NCBI GenBank assembly: GCA_051294375.1
Contig: CM119268.1
Location: forward strand, 20,430,148 to 20,494,147
Reading direction: 5' to 3'
Origin: Paraspadella gotoi
Taxonomy: Eukaryota; Animalia; Chaetognatha
DNA: 64,000 nucleotides
Positions 1 through 13,649 of the stretch are shown here, one piece after another. How positions within the stretch are numbered: the first letter of the stretch is position 1; each line of letters opens with the position of its first letter. Made by a program: the position numbers and the translations under genes. The notes under the pieces were generated by a model, which saw only the letters and a list, made by a program, of their open reading frames with translations, did no database searches and was not told where the DNA came from.

Positions 1-150
1 ACCGTGTTACAGGCGGGTTAAGCGCCCCGTCCCTCTTAACTGCTAGACGGCCACCGGGCTAGAACCCCAGACCTTTGGTTGGGAGGCGAATGACTTGCCT
101 CCAGCACCAATAGCCGCTGATGAACGGTTGGTGGATTTTAGTCCAGCATA
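1..150 (-). mobile_element. Partial LTR of family A (tRNA-like module plus 5' part of twister), truncated by window edge
   Basis: Close match to 13257-13407 and 14050-14200; outer end ...gtccagcata. Confidence 0.85.
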
Positions 151-523
151 AGTGCTTTAATTCAATCTCATATTCAACTTTTAATAGTAATATTATTTGT
201 TATTATTTATAAAAAAAATATATATTTTTTTAAAATTATCATGCTAAAATAAAACACAAAAAAGAAAGAGAAGAAAAACGTCAAAAACAATGGACTGATT
301 TAAAGGCAGGAGGTGATATGTTTGAGGTAGAATGCTAATAACTTGTTTTATTCTATATCCTTTATTAATATGTATAAATAACATAAAGATAAAGATTATA
401 AAATATAATAATGCATTTTATATTTAATAATTAAATAATGCAGCTTGAATTTACATTTAATATAAAAATAAAAATCTTAAAAGCAATAGGAATCGAGCCT
501 ACTTTTGATGATAACCAAATATT

Positions 524-750
524 GGATGCGATGATAACCAAATATTGATGCGATGATAACCAAATGATGGATGCGATGATAGTCATTCATTGATGCGATG
601 ATAATCATTCATTGATGCGATGATAGTCCTTCATTGATCGGATGATAATCATCATTGATGCGATGATAGTCATTCATTGAAGCGATGATAGTCATTCATT
701 GATGCGATTATAGTCATTCATTGATGCGATGCTAGTCATTTCATTGACGA
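524..750. repeat. ~22-bp minisatellite (gatgcgatgatagtcattcatt)n
   Basis: About 10 tandem units; degenerate relative at ~31700-31825. Confidence 0.85.
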
Positions 751-892
751 TATCTCTCTTCTTTTTTACAATAAGGAAGAAACATCGTAAAAGATTATGA
801 GCGAAAATTTCGACTACAAACTAAACAAAATAAAAGTTAATGAGGTTAATGATTTTATAAACTGTTAATGACTGAGTTAGTCATACTCCATT

Positions 893-1403
893 TTTTTTAG
901 TTGGATCTGCTTTCAGCAGATCCCGACTCTATAATTCACTTTGTCGGTCCGCCCCCTCAATCTTGTCGGGCATTCACATATATCACGTCGGAATATCGAA
1001 TTATGATAATTTATGCAAAAAGGATTGTCCGTCCGTCCGTTGGATCCGTCCGTCTGTCTGTTTGTCCCACCTTAGAAAAAAACTCCAATTACTCGTGATT
1101 GGAAGGATGGATTGGAATACAATTTTGTGTGGGTAGGGAAGTGTGTGATTGAGCTGGATATGAAGTTTCGATGGAATCGTGCGAGTGGAAATTGGTTTAA
1201 ATGGAAAAAACAAAAAAATATATTTCACTATTTGAACGTCAATTACCTATGAGTGGACGAGGCGATTGACTTGAAATTTTGTATGTGGGTAGGAAAGTGT
1301 GTGATTTAAGCCGGAAATCAAGTTTCGATGGAATCGTTTGAAATGGAAAAAACAAAAAACCTGTTTCACTAATTTATTATGCTTTTTCTTCTTTTTATAT
1401 TAA
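893..1403 (+). mobile_element. DINE-1/HINE-like (Helentron-derived) element, 5' part
   Basis: T-run, then hairpin ggatctgct..agcagatcc, then (GTCC/GTCT)n microsatellite, then duplicated core. Homologous to the 12.6-14.4k, 14.9-16.1k and 30.1-31.3k copies. Confidence 0.7.
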
Positions 1404-2232
1404 AAGTTCCATCTCTGTGAGCTTATGAAATCAATAATTGATGTAGTTAAGAGTTGAGACTCTCATTATTTTTTAGTCAAGACCTTTATGGATTTTTTTT
1501 GTTCCGGCGGCGTTGGATAGCCCAAACACTGCAGTTTTAGAAATCATCCATGGTATTGTAATATTTACTGCGCTACTGGTGCAAAAATTGCTCGGAACCA
1601 AAATTATCAGAAACCGCTTCGTTCTTTCGGATTTTCTTTTAAGGGCGGAGCGACATAGTATCTAGATACAGATAGCGAGATAAGCGCCGACCATCGCCAC
1701 CAATAAAAGAACGAAAAACATCTTTTGCTGAAATATTTTAACTTAAAATTGGAGGAGAATGGATAAGAGGGCGCCTTGAATAATAGATCAAGTGGAGACA
1801 ATATGTATAAGATTTACAATTTAATAATTTACAACAGCGTAGGTGCGAGATAGCTCAGTAAGAGAAATTTGTTTGAGTCTCTCTCTGTATTTCCTCGACT
1901 TCGGCTTTTAAAGCTACAAAGTAAATAGGTAGATTTGAACACAAAGACCCAGCAGGTTTCCCGAGAGGTTCCTTCCCAGTTTCACCAGTTACAAAGAGAG
2001 AGAGAGAGAGAGAGAGATCGCTAATTGCTATCGCGAAAGAAAATTATCGGCCGAGAGAGAAACTTTAAATCCTTTTGACACGAGTCCTCGAATTTTAAAC
2101 TCTTCTCTCTCTCTCTGTCACAGTTAATCGCTTATAGTTGATTTTATCGATATATTGAATTGTTAAAAGATAAAAGAGTTGAAAAAGTTAAAATTAAAAC
2201 TACAATCGCAATTAAAAAAAAATTAAATAGAA

Positions 2233-4015
2233 ATGAAATCGATGACGTCATCACAAATTCGATCTTTGATCAGAGAAGGAAAGTTCGGACGCTCAACAAC
2301 CAGTGGCCTGGCCGGAGGTAAGTTCGTTGCTCTTGTTCGGGTTGTCAGCCTGAATGACCTGACTGACCTCTTGATTTTGTTTGTAATCTTAAATTGGCCT
2401 AATTTTACTTTCGGCAACTGGGATTAAGGGAGTTTTTGAGTTAGTTTTTTTTATTATGGTTTAGGAGAACTTATTTGTTATTATGGCGTTTTAGAGTTAG
2501 GATAGTTGGATAATGATTCTTATTACTTTTGTAGTTATACAATTTTTTTATTATTATTTTGAAAAAACTAGAAATCCCAATTTTTAGACAAAAGAATCGC
2601 CATTGAAAACAAGAGCTATTTATACAATGGAATCGGATCCGTGACTCGGGCAACTTTGCCCGCCGGATGGATGCCTGGCTGACCATTGGCCCCTTTGCCA
2701 TTTGTCGTTTGACCAATGAGAGAGTCTCTTGTAATTTCTTCTCGCTTCGCTGATCCGATTTCGCCTTTTAGGTTCGATTCCTCTGCGTTGCTAATCTCTG
2801 CTCTAATCAGGCTTTGTTTTTATTCGCTCCATCTATCTTGATTTAGGATCTCTCCGAAAAGAATCAGGCGAATATCAGGCCCTTTTTACTTTTTTATCTA
2901 AATTTTAAATCAGGCCAGAATTGTATCTTATGTAGAATAAGGTCCGTATCAGGCCCAATATAAGTCTATACTTCTTATATATTTCTTTCTCTCTTTTTAC
3001 TATGTTTTTAAAAAACATTTTCAATCAGGCGAAAAACAGGCTAATCTGGTGATCGTCCCTTCCGCCTTCGCCGACGACATCGAAGAAATCTGCCGCCGCA
3101 ACGCTGCTCCGCTGCCGCTGCTGTACAAAAGCGGCAAGGGTGAGGTTGGGGCGCCGCCTTTGGCTCAGGATTCCGATGTTAGGTAAGTATCATAGTGACA
3201 GTCATTTTTAAAAATTTCTCCCCGCTCCTATTAATTGCTACACTATTCAATTCTATTGTATTCAATTCTATTGTATTCAATTCTATTGTATACAATTCTA
3301 TTTTATTCAATTCTATTCTATTCAATTCTATCCAATTCTATTGTATTCAATTCTATTGTATTCAATTCTATTTTGTTCAATTCTATTGTATTCAATTCTA
3401 TTGTATTCAATTCTATTGTATTCACTTCTATTCTATTCACTTCTATTGTATTCAATTCTATTGTATTCAATTCTATTGTATTCAATACTATTCTATTCAA
3501 TTCTATTCTATTCAATTCTATTGTATTCTATTCTATTCAATTCTATTCTATTCTATTCAATTCTATTGTATTCAATTCTATTCTATTCAATTCTTTTCTA
3601 TTCAATTCTATTCTATTCAATTTTATTCAATTCAATTCTATTCAATTCTATTGTATTCAATTCTATTGTATTCAATTCTATTGTATTCAATTCTATTGTA
3701 TTCACTTCTATTCTATTCACTTCTATTGTATTCAATTCTATTGTATTCAATTCTATTGTATTCAATTCTATTGTATTCAATACTATTCTATTCAATTCTA
3801 TTGTATTCTATTGTATTCTATTGTATTCTATTCTATTCAATTCTATTCTATTCAATTCTATTCTATTCAATTCTATTCTCTTCAATTCTATTCTATTCAA
3901 TTCTATTCTATTCAATTCTATTCAATTCTATTGTATTCAATTCTATTCTATTCAATTCACTCTTTTTTCATCCTTCTCTGTATTCTTCCTCCGTTCGTCC
4001 TTGCTCAAAATCTAA

Positions 4016-4046
<31 letters not shown>

Positions 4047-4561
4047 TCCTCAGTTTCAAGTGTCCTCTCCCGCTCGCTTCCTCCCACTCTCTCCTCTCTC
4101 TGCCTCCTCCCTCCTCCTCCCTTCCTCCCTCCTCCCTCCCTCCATCCTCCTTCCTTCCTCCTCCTTCTTCCTTCCTTCCTCCCTCCCTCCTCCTCCCTTC
4201 CTCCCTCCTCCCTCCCTTCCTCCATCCTCCCTCCTCCTTCCTTCCTCCCTCCCTCCCTCCCTCCTTCCTTCCTCCCTCCTTCTTCCTCCCTCCTTCCTCC
4301 TCCCTTCCTCCCTCCTCCCTTCCTCCCTCCTCCCTCCCTCCTTCCTCCCTCCCTCCCTCTTCCTTTCTCCTTCCTCCCTCCCTCCCTCCTCCTCCCTCCT
4401 TCCTTCCTCCATCCTTCCTTCCTCCCTCCCTCTCTCCCTCAATTCTCGCCGCCAATTTTCCCGACCATTTATTCCTCTCGCTCTCTATCAATTTCTCCAA
4501 ACTCCATCTCTTTCCTTTGTTGACGTCTTCCTCATTGTTGTTGTCATCTTTGACTCTGCGG

Positions 4562-4594
<33 letters not shown>

Positions 4595-7500
4595 TCTCTC
4601 TTCTCTCTCTCTCTCTCTCTTTTCACACATTCAGTCAGTTTGGTCTGTCTCACTTCCGTTTAAATACCGTTTAAAATTCGTCGGAATCATACCACAAATA
4701 ACTGTTCAGAACTGTTAGGAATATTTATTAAGATGTCTTTTGCTAGTGTATCAAGATGGATTCAGATTTTCAAAAACGTTCACACAAGTGATCACACATA
4801 TATATACTTTAATTTAAAACACCTTTTATTCGATTTGAAATTCTCAACATGAGAGATCCCGGTCGATTTTTATCTGGCTCCTAAATTATGCAAATTAGCT
4901 TACGATCGAATTTGTCAGATAACGATGACGCTCTTTATTCGCGTAATTTTAAACGTTTTATTATTGTAATATAATAAATAATTGAATATTATAGTTTTTA
5001 GAATATATATTTTATAAATATAAATAATTTATAGTATTTATACTAATATAAAATAAGACAAAATAGCAATTAAATGAGATCTTGAATGCTTCTTTTTCTT
5101 ACCAAAATGAGGAATTCAAAGAGATTTTTGCATAAAATAAAATATTAACTATTTTGCTTGTTTAAGTTCCTTATTACATATAATATAATATAAATTGTAT
5201 TATAAATTGTATAATTCATTCGTTTAAGTTACTATTATACGTGCTTTAATAAATAGGTAAATATGGAAAAACTTGATAACAAAGATTAAAATAACCAATA
5301 AAAGTAAAATTTTTAAAAAAAATAATAATACTAATATTAAATTAGTATTTAATAATTTAATAATAATAATTAATAAAAAAATTATTTTAAAAATTACTGC
5401 AAAGAAAGAATTTAAATTATTTAAAATTATTAATGAATATTTTTCTATATTTTTTAAAGTAATTTTTAGTCAACTAGGTTCCATTAGGATTGTACCCACG
5501 TAGGAATACGTGGAATACGTGGGCGGAATACTATGGGTGCAATTGTATGTGGGCCAATGCTACATGGGTGCAATCCAAGGGGCGCAATTTTATGGGCCCA
5601 ATAATACGTGGGCACAATCCTGCTACCACGTATATACATATAGATAAGTGAAAAGGATCCATTCAATATCATAATCAATGATTTAAGTATATTATGTTTG
5701 AATGATCAGGAAGAAAATTAAATACGATCTAATAAATATTACTAAATTTGAATAGCAAATACATAGATTGGACGATTGGATCCTTTTTGTGTTGAGGCAA
5801 CATGAACCGGACTCATTTTTTGATATGGTATAAATAACTGTCTCTATTAATTTGTTTAATTTTCTGATCATAATCAAAAAACTACTTTCATTTATAAAAG
5901 AAAACAGAGAACTTTTGAGAGGGAAACTTAACTCCAAGATTTTAAAGAATTGCTTTTGTTTTTATAAGTTTTTTAAATCAAAACATGTCAATTAATTATA
6001 AAATTAATCGAAACCTATTGTCTGTAAATAATGATAGATTGCTTTGTTAATTTTTCAATCAACCAAATTGAAAAAGTGAGTAAACAAATTATGATTAAAA
6101 ACAATATGATAATATGATAACATTTTCATTGTTAACAACAACGATGAAGGCTAACAATTAGTTCGAAAATGTCCATTTTTATGTAAAAACATTATGTCGT
6201 TATTATTAACCATTAAAAAGTTATTATTTCGTCTCTAAATCAAACAACAAATGAAAATAAATAATACAATGACTAAAAACTAAAAAAAAATTCCGAGATA
6301 TTTTTTATAATTGAAAAAAAGTTTGACTATGGATGCTCAAACCCTCATTCATCCTTAATTATTGGCCTATTAATAGTTATAAAAATGAAACTATAGTACA
6401 TAGGAAAATGACTTCTATAATATAATAATAGTTTAAGAAGAAGGGGATAAAATTGTAATCAAATCATATCCGTTTAAAGCATTTGTGTTTTTGTATAAAT
6501 ATTGTCATTGTTAAAAAAATTTTATCTTTTATTAAATATTAATTATATTTATTGTTATTTATCATTTGACTATATAAGATCATATTTTATATTAATTTCT
6601 CTTTAAATATGTGTTCAGACTGAATTTCAGTTACAGCAAAACAAAAATAGCGATTAATTTCTAAAATGTTTTCCTATAAAAAAACAGAAAAACTAGTAAA
6701 AATCACAACATGCAGCTACTAAAAACTTATAAAATTATTAAGCATTCTGAAATTATTAATAAAACATAGAAAATATTATTAATAATACATATGTTATTAA
6801 AAAAAACTAAACTCATCGTCAGATTTCACAGGGAAAAGATGCTCTTTTTATGAAAAATTCGCGAATATCCGCCAGGTTCGCTAGTATCTTTTGTTCTTTT
6901 TGACCGGCTTGACCGGTCTTTAACATTAAAAAGATACGAAATGACGTATTCGATCTCGGGATCTCTTATGTTCGATGCATTAAACTTAAATATTTTTTAT
7001 ACGAAAATTATTTATATATACGTCTGATTAAGTGTGCAAACGTTTTTTTATGAAACTCGATGTCTGTATATTACTAACTTTTGGTCAGTTGTCTATTTTG
7101 GGCTAGTTTTGCAGTTTTGTCTATTTTCGACTAGTTTTGTTTTTAAAATATTATACAAATAAGTCGTAAAAATATATTAAAATATAAAAGTTAAAATTAA
7201 ATATATTAAAAAATATAGATATCTTACCTTCAATTGTGACCCATAAGTTCAAAGGTTTTATTTTTGTTTATTTCTTTATCTTAAGAACGGACGTCTCCTC
7301 ATACGACGCCTTTGAATTCGGAGTTCCCATTGGTCGACGCTCCTCGCTCCTTGACGTGGATTGGTCAGATTCTCGTGACTTTTTACCTCGGCTGCAGCTT
7401 TTCATTCGAGGCGGCGCTGCAGCGCGGGCGAGTTCCAATCAGAAATATGGAGAGAGGAAAGAACGTGGCGATGTATAAGGTAAGTAGATGGTAAGGAATC

Positions 7501-8879
7501 GATTATTCGAAAGGGTTTTTGCTGTACATCATTTAAATTCTTTCCGATGAGCAGAGTTTACTCATAAGAATTATTTGTTTATTTTTAATTATTTATTTAA
7601 TTTTCATGAGAAATAATATAATACTAAACCACGACACCACTATTAAAATAAAATACAAATTGTAATAAAACGATGATCAATGATAAAGTTTTATCCATCG
7701 AGAATTAAATGTTAAAAACAGATCCAAATGTTTATCAAATATGTTTAATATTTCCCTTCACCACAATTCCCTCTCTCTTTTCTCTTCCAGACTTCCGTCT
7801 TCCTCTTCACGCCCCCCATCTCCCCCCGTCCCCATGGTGGTCTCCCTGCGCCCCCTCCCCCCTTCCCTCCTCGAGACGTGCTTTTCCATCACGGCGCCGA
7901 TGGCCGACGCTCACGGGGCGCCGGTTCACGTCGGCGCCCCTGGCGTTATCGGCATCGAAGACGTGATGGCGCCGGATTTCGGGGAGAGGCGCCGGATTTT
8001 GAAGACGGCGATGTTCCGGTCTTTTGGGCCTGCGGAGTCACGGGGTTGATGTTGATGGAGAAAATGAGTGAGTTTTGATGTTGTTGTTGTCACGTGGGGA
8101 TGATGATGATGATTATGAATTGGTAGTTGTTTTTTTATTAATTGTTAAATTATTAATGTTGACCTTTTCTGTTTAATGCTGTTGTGAAACTAATTGGCCC
8201 GTAGCGAGCATTGCTCATTGCGTGTAATGCTAATGCTCAGGTTCTCCCTCGCCATGCTCACAAACTTTTTCCCTCTAATCGTTGCTCAGTGACTCACTGA
8301 ACAAAGCCAGTAGCACATGATCCCGGGTTCGATGTCAGCCCCAGTGCCTCTCCTACCTACGAGGGGCTGAAGTTGTTGCCGTTTTCATTTTCCACCGAAA
8401 GTTAATTGGAAAATCTCTTTGTCTCGTTCTCAGAATCGCCCATCTCTCTCACTCACTCTCCCGGCAACATGTTCCTTTGCGACGTCTCCGCTCAAGAACA
8501 AAGTCTTTACCATCAACAGCAGCAGCCGTCGTCGCCGCCGCAGCAGCCGCAGAAGCCGCCTCAGCCGACGCCGCCACAGCTCCACCCGCGCGTCTTCCGC
8601 ATCTACAGCAGTCCGCTCACTTACGCGTCGTCGATTGCTATGGTTTTGGAACTGGTCGTCGGAATGAGGAGAAGATTGGGAGGAAGAGGAGGAGGAGGAG
8701 GAGGAGAAAGAGGTGGAGGAAATCGAGCTTCGTAAGTTTAAACTTTTTTTCAAAATAAGGAAAGTATTGTCGAAATTTAAAGACCATTGCATTTTTTTGT
8801 CTAGCCCAAATAGGTTTCACCGCTTTTCAAAATCCATTCATAGTCGTGGCCCAATTCTTTACCCCAAACCGACTTTTGG

Positions 8880-8931
<52 letters not shown>

Positions 8932-11155
8932 AAAGGAAAGAAAAAGCGAGAAAGCGAGAACTTCCGGTTCCAACCCTGAATTATGCAACGTCACTGACTA
9001 TGAGAACAAAAAAAGCATTTTGGTGGGAGAAACACGGTGAAAACGAGAGAGAGTGAGAAGGAGAAAAAAATAATAAGAAGAAAGAACGAATAAAAACCAG
9101 TGGCTGCGCCAATACATGTAAATCGCTTTCAAACCTGAGCGTTAGTTTAGTGTGAGGTATATATCTATATGTTTATACTATATATACGAAAAAATATGAA
9201 TAAAAAAAATTTAATTTTATTTTAAAAACGCTTTTTTGTTTGTAGAGCCATCTGGTTTATTAAGACCAAAACAGGCAAAGATTTGCTATTTTGTATAAAG
9301 CAATGCAAATTCAGATAGAAGAGCAAATTTCTATAGAAAGTAAAGGGAAAATGCTCATAATAGAAAAAGTAAGAGACAAATCCTAGTAGTAGGTATAAAA
9401 AGTTACAAAGATGGAAAAAAAAATTTAAAAAAAAATTAAAGCTATTGGAAAAAAAAACTTTTAGGGGGTAAGTATTATTAATACAATTAAAAGGAAGCAA
9501 GAACGAGAGAATAAAAGAAAGACGAAAAAAGAGAGAGAAAGAGGAAAAGAAAAAAAGAATTAGAAAGAAAGAGTCAAAAGATTCATTATAGTGAGAGAGA
9601 GAGTGAGAAATAGAAAAAGAGAGATAGAGAGAGATAGAAAGAGTTAAAAGATTCACTATAGTGAATCGTGACTGAAAATTGTTTTCTTCCTTCAAACGTT
9701 GGCTCTTCTCTTCTTCCATCTGAATTTTTCTTTTTCGTATTAATCGAATTGATTTGTCGCCAACTCTCGAAGCTCTAAAAAATATAATCGTAACTAGTTG
9801 TTAGATAGAACCTATAAATTATATATAACATGCTTTATTTTTTAACTTAATTTTAGTTCGCGTGAGATGAAAAGAGAAACGTCGAACGGAGAAGAGGATG
9901 AGGAAGAGGATGAGGAAGAGAAAGAGGAGGAGGAAGAGGAGGATGAGGCCGTAGTGATCGACGCTATGAAAATATCACACGCTAAACATGTGGTTGTGAT
10001 GGTGAAAGGTGGGTTGTGGTGATATTAAAAGTTAAGTTGTGGTGATAGTGAAAGCTGGTGATGGTGGTGAAACAACAGCGATGGTGATGGTGACGTAAAA
10101 TATTCATAAAAATTCCAATTGTGACTTCATCTTAGAAAAACGAAAGGAGAATGGGAAAAGGAAGAAACAAATGTCGTTGAGGGAAGATAAAAAATAAATA
10201 GAAGGGAAGGAATAAGTATTATAAATTATAAATAGAAAAAAAGTAATGGAGAGACGGTAAATCAAATGAAACTAATATTTATTTAATAATGAAGTTTGTT
10301 TAAAAATAATGTTCATACATTTGAATAATGTTGAGCCGCTGCTCATTTGTTTCACAGACGACTTCGACGTCGCCGATTTAGTCGTCTTCGTGCTTTTTCT
10401 CGATCTCCTAAAGAGGGCGGGAAAATCGATTCGAATTTCGGGCAACAAAAGAACAACGTCGATCCTTAAATCTGCGGCGGAAAAAGGATTAAAAAGGAAA
10501 ATCGAGGATGAGGAGATGAAGGAAGAGCAAAGGTAAGTTAACCTATGATCAAAATAAGGCCTTACTTTCCCGAAACGTCCCATTAAATTGGAGATTATTG
10601 TTAGGGATTAAGTTAATCATTTATTTAGGAATTAGGGTTTGGGGTGAGGCATTTGAGTTAAGGTTGATGTTAACGGTTTTCTAACAAATTAGGGTTAAAT
10701 ATTAATATTATCATTAAGTTCAGGGCTAGAGGAACAGAAATGAAACATATTTGGAAAAGAGAGCCAAAACGTTGGAAAGAATAGAAAATCCCGAGTCTTT
10801 GACTTTTTTGTCACGTGATCAGGATCGACGTTTTGACGGTGAAGATTGGAATCGTGAAGGAAACGGGGAAACGAAAGATCGATGGAGATGAAAAAGAAAT
10901 ACGTAAGTTAAATAATAAAATAATTAATTAAAAAGTTAATAAACTTGTGCCAGATCCGACATCGTCCTATACGATTCTCTTTGTCCCTTTTCAAACCTTT
11001 TGTGACAGACCTGAATCCGTCCGATGCGATTCTCCTCATCTTCGCCTTCCGATCTTTGATCTCCTCCGATCTTCACGAGAGATACGCGAGGAGAGGGTTG
11101 GGATTCAAGATGGCCGCGCCCAGCCTTACTGGCCAAAAAGAGGTAAGAGACTCAT

Positions 11156-11225
<70 letters not shown>

Positions 11226-11498
11226 TTAATGTAGATATGAGTAGAATATATGGACTTAGTAATAAGAAAAATATTATAATTTATGTATAATTATTTTTTT
11301 CTTTAGTTTCACAAAATCATGACTGTTTTACGAAAGAGTCAAGGCGCTGGCGTTGGCAATGAGGAGGCCGCTAATGATGATGATGATGATGATGATGATG
11401 AAGCACAAGATAAGGATGGCTTCGACGACGAGGAGCCAAACGACGGAATCCAATCCAAACTTTTTTTAAAAATGAAAAATTTGATGAAAATTTTGTAG
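2233..11498 (+). CDS. DGLUCY: D-glutamate cyclase-like gene, copy 1 (DUF1445 plus degenerate C-terminal domain), ~10 exons
   Basis: GT-AG exons at about 2233-2317, 3029-3182, 7286-7479, 7791-8067, 8434-8731, 9857-10008, 10358-10532, 10823-10902, 11009-11142, 11307-11498. Motifs: TSGLAGG, QANLVIVP, CRRNAAPLPLL, VTFYLGCSFSFEAAL, MVVSLRP, AHGAPVHVG, VPVFWACGVT, THSPGNMFLCD. Several small frameshifts (near 7372, 7815, 7990) are likely sequencing errors. The true start may lie further upstream. Confidence 0.88.
3245..3960. repeat. Pentamer-based satellite (ttcaa/ttcta/ttgta; 15-bp higher-order unit) in DGLUCY intron 2
   Basis: Directly visible; explains the spurious 442/479-aa ORFs. Confidence 0.95.
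4017..4625. repeat. Polypyrimidine (CT/CCT/CCCT) low-complexity tract
   Basis: Nearly pure C/T for ~400 bp plus (CT)n runs. Confidence 0.9.
5486..5621. mobile_element. Small MITE-like element with 17-bp inverted ends and internal ~15-bp degenerate repeats
   Basis: aggattgtacccacgta ... tacgtgggcacaatcct (one mismatch); GC-rich island in AT-rich intron. Confidence 0.5.
8200..8365 (+). mobile_element. Diverged relative of the family B LTR (5' end and tRNA-like module; twister not recognisable)
   Basis: cagtgactcactgaacaaagccagtagcacatga..ccgggttcgatgtc aligns by eye to family B cggtggctcattgagtaaagccatcagctcatga..ccgggttcaatccc. Confidence 0.55.
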
Positions 11499-11752
11499 AA
11501 AAACGGAAATATATTTTAAGATTCATGATTCTGGCAGGATTAGATTCAAATGATAGCTGAGAATTTATTCGGTATTTGCATACCAGAAGAAAAAATTGAA
11601 ACTTAGTAAAAATGATAATTTATTAATAATTAAATAGCACAGTACTTCGAAGAAACATGAAAACATGAAAACATAAAAACATGAAATGAAAAAAAAATTG
11701 TTTCTATTAGGTTCACATAACTTCTCTTCCCTTTCACTATTTTTAATCATAT

Positions 11753-11977
11753 AAGTTTCTTCTTCTAAATGTCTATTCTCAGTTGGAAACCTGTCTCTTC
11801 TTTGTCCTAAGGCTTGACAACTTCTGCCCCGCTAATGATCGTGGGCAGATCCTGCATTGTTTGCTCAAACTTTTTCTACTACAAAAAGTTTGACCATAGG
11901 GGGCAGAAGTAGTCAAGCCTTAAGACAAAGAAGAGACAGGTTTCCAACTGTCAATAGAAACTTAGAAGAAGAAACTT
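11753..11977. repeat. Foldback/MITE with ~78-bp inverted arms enclosing a HINE 3'-end fragment
   Basis: aagtttcttcttctaa...cttctgcccc versus ggggcagaag...ttagaagaagaaactt. Confidence 0.75.
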
Positions 11978-13226
11978 TATTAATTAATTAATATTAATTT
12001 TTTTTGATGGTCAAAATTGTTTTCCACTTTGTTTCGCCTCACAATCACAAAACAACAACTTCGATTACAAAATTAATTAATTAATTACAAATAATTAATA
12101 ATTAATTAATTATTTATTAATAATTAGTTAATGCAGCTTGAATTTATATTTAATATAAAAATAAAAAAGCATAATCAAATAGGGAAATAGATTTTTTGTT
12201 TTTTCCATTTTCACTCATTTTAACTCAACGATTCCATCGAAACTTTATTTCCTGTTTAATCACACACTTTCAGACCCACATACAAAATTTGAAGTCAAAT
12301 TATTTCTACTAAGTTTCAATTTTTTTTCTGGTATGCAAACCGAATAAATTCTCAGCTATCATTTAAAAACAGAAATGTTTAGTGTTTTAAAATTGAACCT
12401 TTGCTAGAATGTGGATTCTGTCAAGAATTAAACTGGAAAAGATGTTTAATTTTTCTATTTAGCTTCCGTTTATTTAATTATAAAATAGAATAGAATTAAA
12501 AAGTAGAAAAAATACAAGTTATTTCTCTTTCTTTCTCTCTCTCTCGGTTTAAACTTCGCCAGACTGGTTCTAAAGTAAGAGATTAATTACAAATTTAAGT
12601 TAAAAATCTTATCAGGAGCTTGATAAAGAATACAATCGATCAAACAATGTCGTATCTGCCCACGATCATTAGCGGTAATTAATTAATAAATTAGTTAATT
12701 TGATTTCTTCACTGACCATGACAATGACAATAATGCTGATAACGAGTGATTTGATTGATTGATTGATTAAATAAATAAATTGTGTGATTGAATAATTAAA
12801 TAATAGATAAATAAATTGATTGATTGAATAATTAATTTATTGATTGACTAATTAATTATTGATTAATTAATTGAGTAATTGATTAATTAACAGAGTAATT
12901 ATTTGATTAATTAATACATCTTGCATTTACATTTAATATAAAATAAAAAAGAATAATCAGTTAGTGAAACAGGTTTTTTGTTTTTTCCATTTAAACTCAT
13001 TTCCACTCAGACTATTCCATCGAAACTTGATTTCCAGCTTCATCACACACTTTCCTACCCACATACAAAATTTCAAGTCAATCGCCCCATACACTCGTGA
13101 GTAATTGGCGTTCAAATACTGAAATAGTTTTTTGGCTCTTTTCCACTCTCACGAATCCGTCGAAACTTCATATTGAAGAGACAGTAATTATTGATATGTG
13201 TTAATGACAGAACCGTTCAATATAAG

Positions 13227-13298
13227 CAGTCCCTGAGCTTTGGATCAGGCAGTAACACCGAGTTACAGGCGGGTTAAGCGCCCCATCCCTCTTAACTG
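13227..13298 (-). ncRNA. Twister ribozyme motif, P5-type permutation (family A, 3' LTR)
   Basis: Minus strand: CAGUU aaga GG GAUGG GGCGCU UAA CC C GC cu GUAAC ucggu GUUAC ug CCUG AUCCAAAGCU CAGG GACUG. T1 CCA:UGG, T2 GC:GC, P3/P4/P5 all pair. Predicted cut between 13276 and 13275. Confidence 0.85.
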
Positions 13299-13302
13299 TT
13301 AG

Positions 13303-13374
13303 GCGGCCACCAGGCTAGAACCCTGGACCTTTGGATTGGGAGACAAATGATTTGCCTCCGGCACCAATGGCCGC
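13303..13374 (-). ncRNA. 72-nt tRNA-like (Gly-CCC-like) Pol III module in family A LTR
   Basis: 7-bp acceptor stem GCGGCCA/TGGCCGC, A-box-like TGGTGCCGGAGG, CTCCCAA anticodon-like loop, B-box-like GGTTCTAGCC. The anticodon stem is imperfect, so this is not a functional tRNA. Confidence 0.7.
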
Positions 13375-13649
13375 TGATGAACGGTTGGTGGATTTTAGTC
13401 CACCATACATCCCCCCCTCCCGTAGAGAGAAGTTTGTCGCGTCTCTTCAGTGAATTGTTGGTGGAAAGTGCATCACCAAGTTGAGGCATGTCGCCTGATG
13501 TGTTGTTGGCGGAAAGTGCATCGCCAGGTTGAGGCATGTCGCCTGAAAGTGTTGTTGTTGCTGTTGTGTTCGGATGTTGGGCTCACCAATGAAGAGACAG
13601 TAATTATTGATATGTGTTAATGACAGAACCGTTCAATATAAGCAGTCCC

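Noticed and set aside
3195-4674. Long ORFs of 442/479/224 aa
   Set aside because: Translations of a pentamer satellite and CT tract inside an intron.
4740-7085. Weak inverted similarity between 4740-4870 and 6955-7085 as ends of an old transposon
   Set aside because: Too diverged to define termini or a TSD by eye.
13303-13374. Functional tRNA genes in the LTRs
   Set aside because: Anticodon and D stems are broken and the copies vary; treated as tRNA-derived promoters.
13374-13407. CTGATGA in family A LTR (+ strand)
   Set aside because: No downstream GAAA or stem III; antisense to the element.
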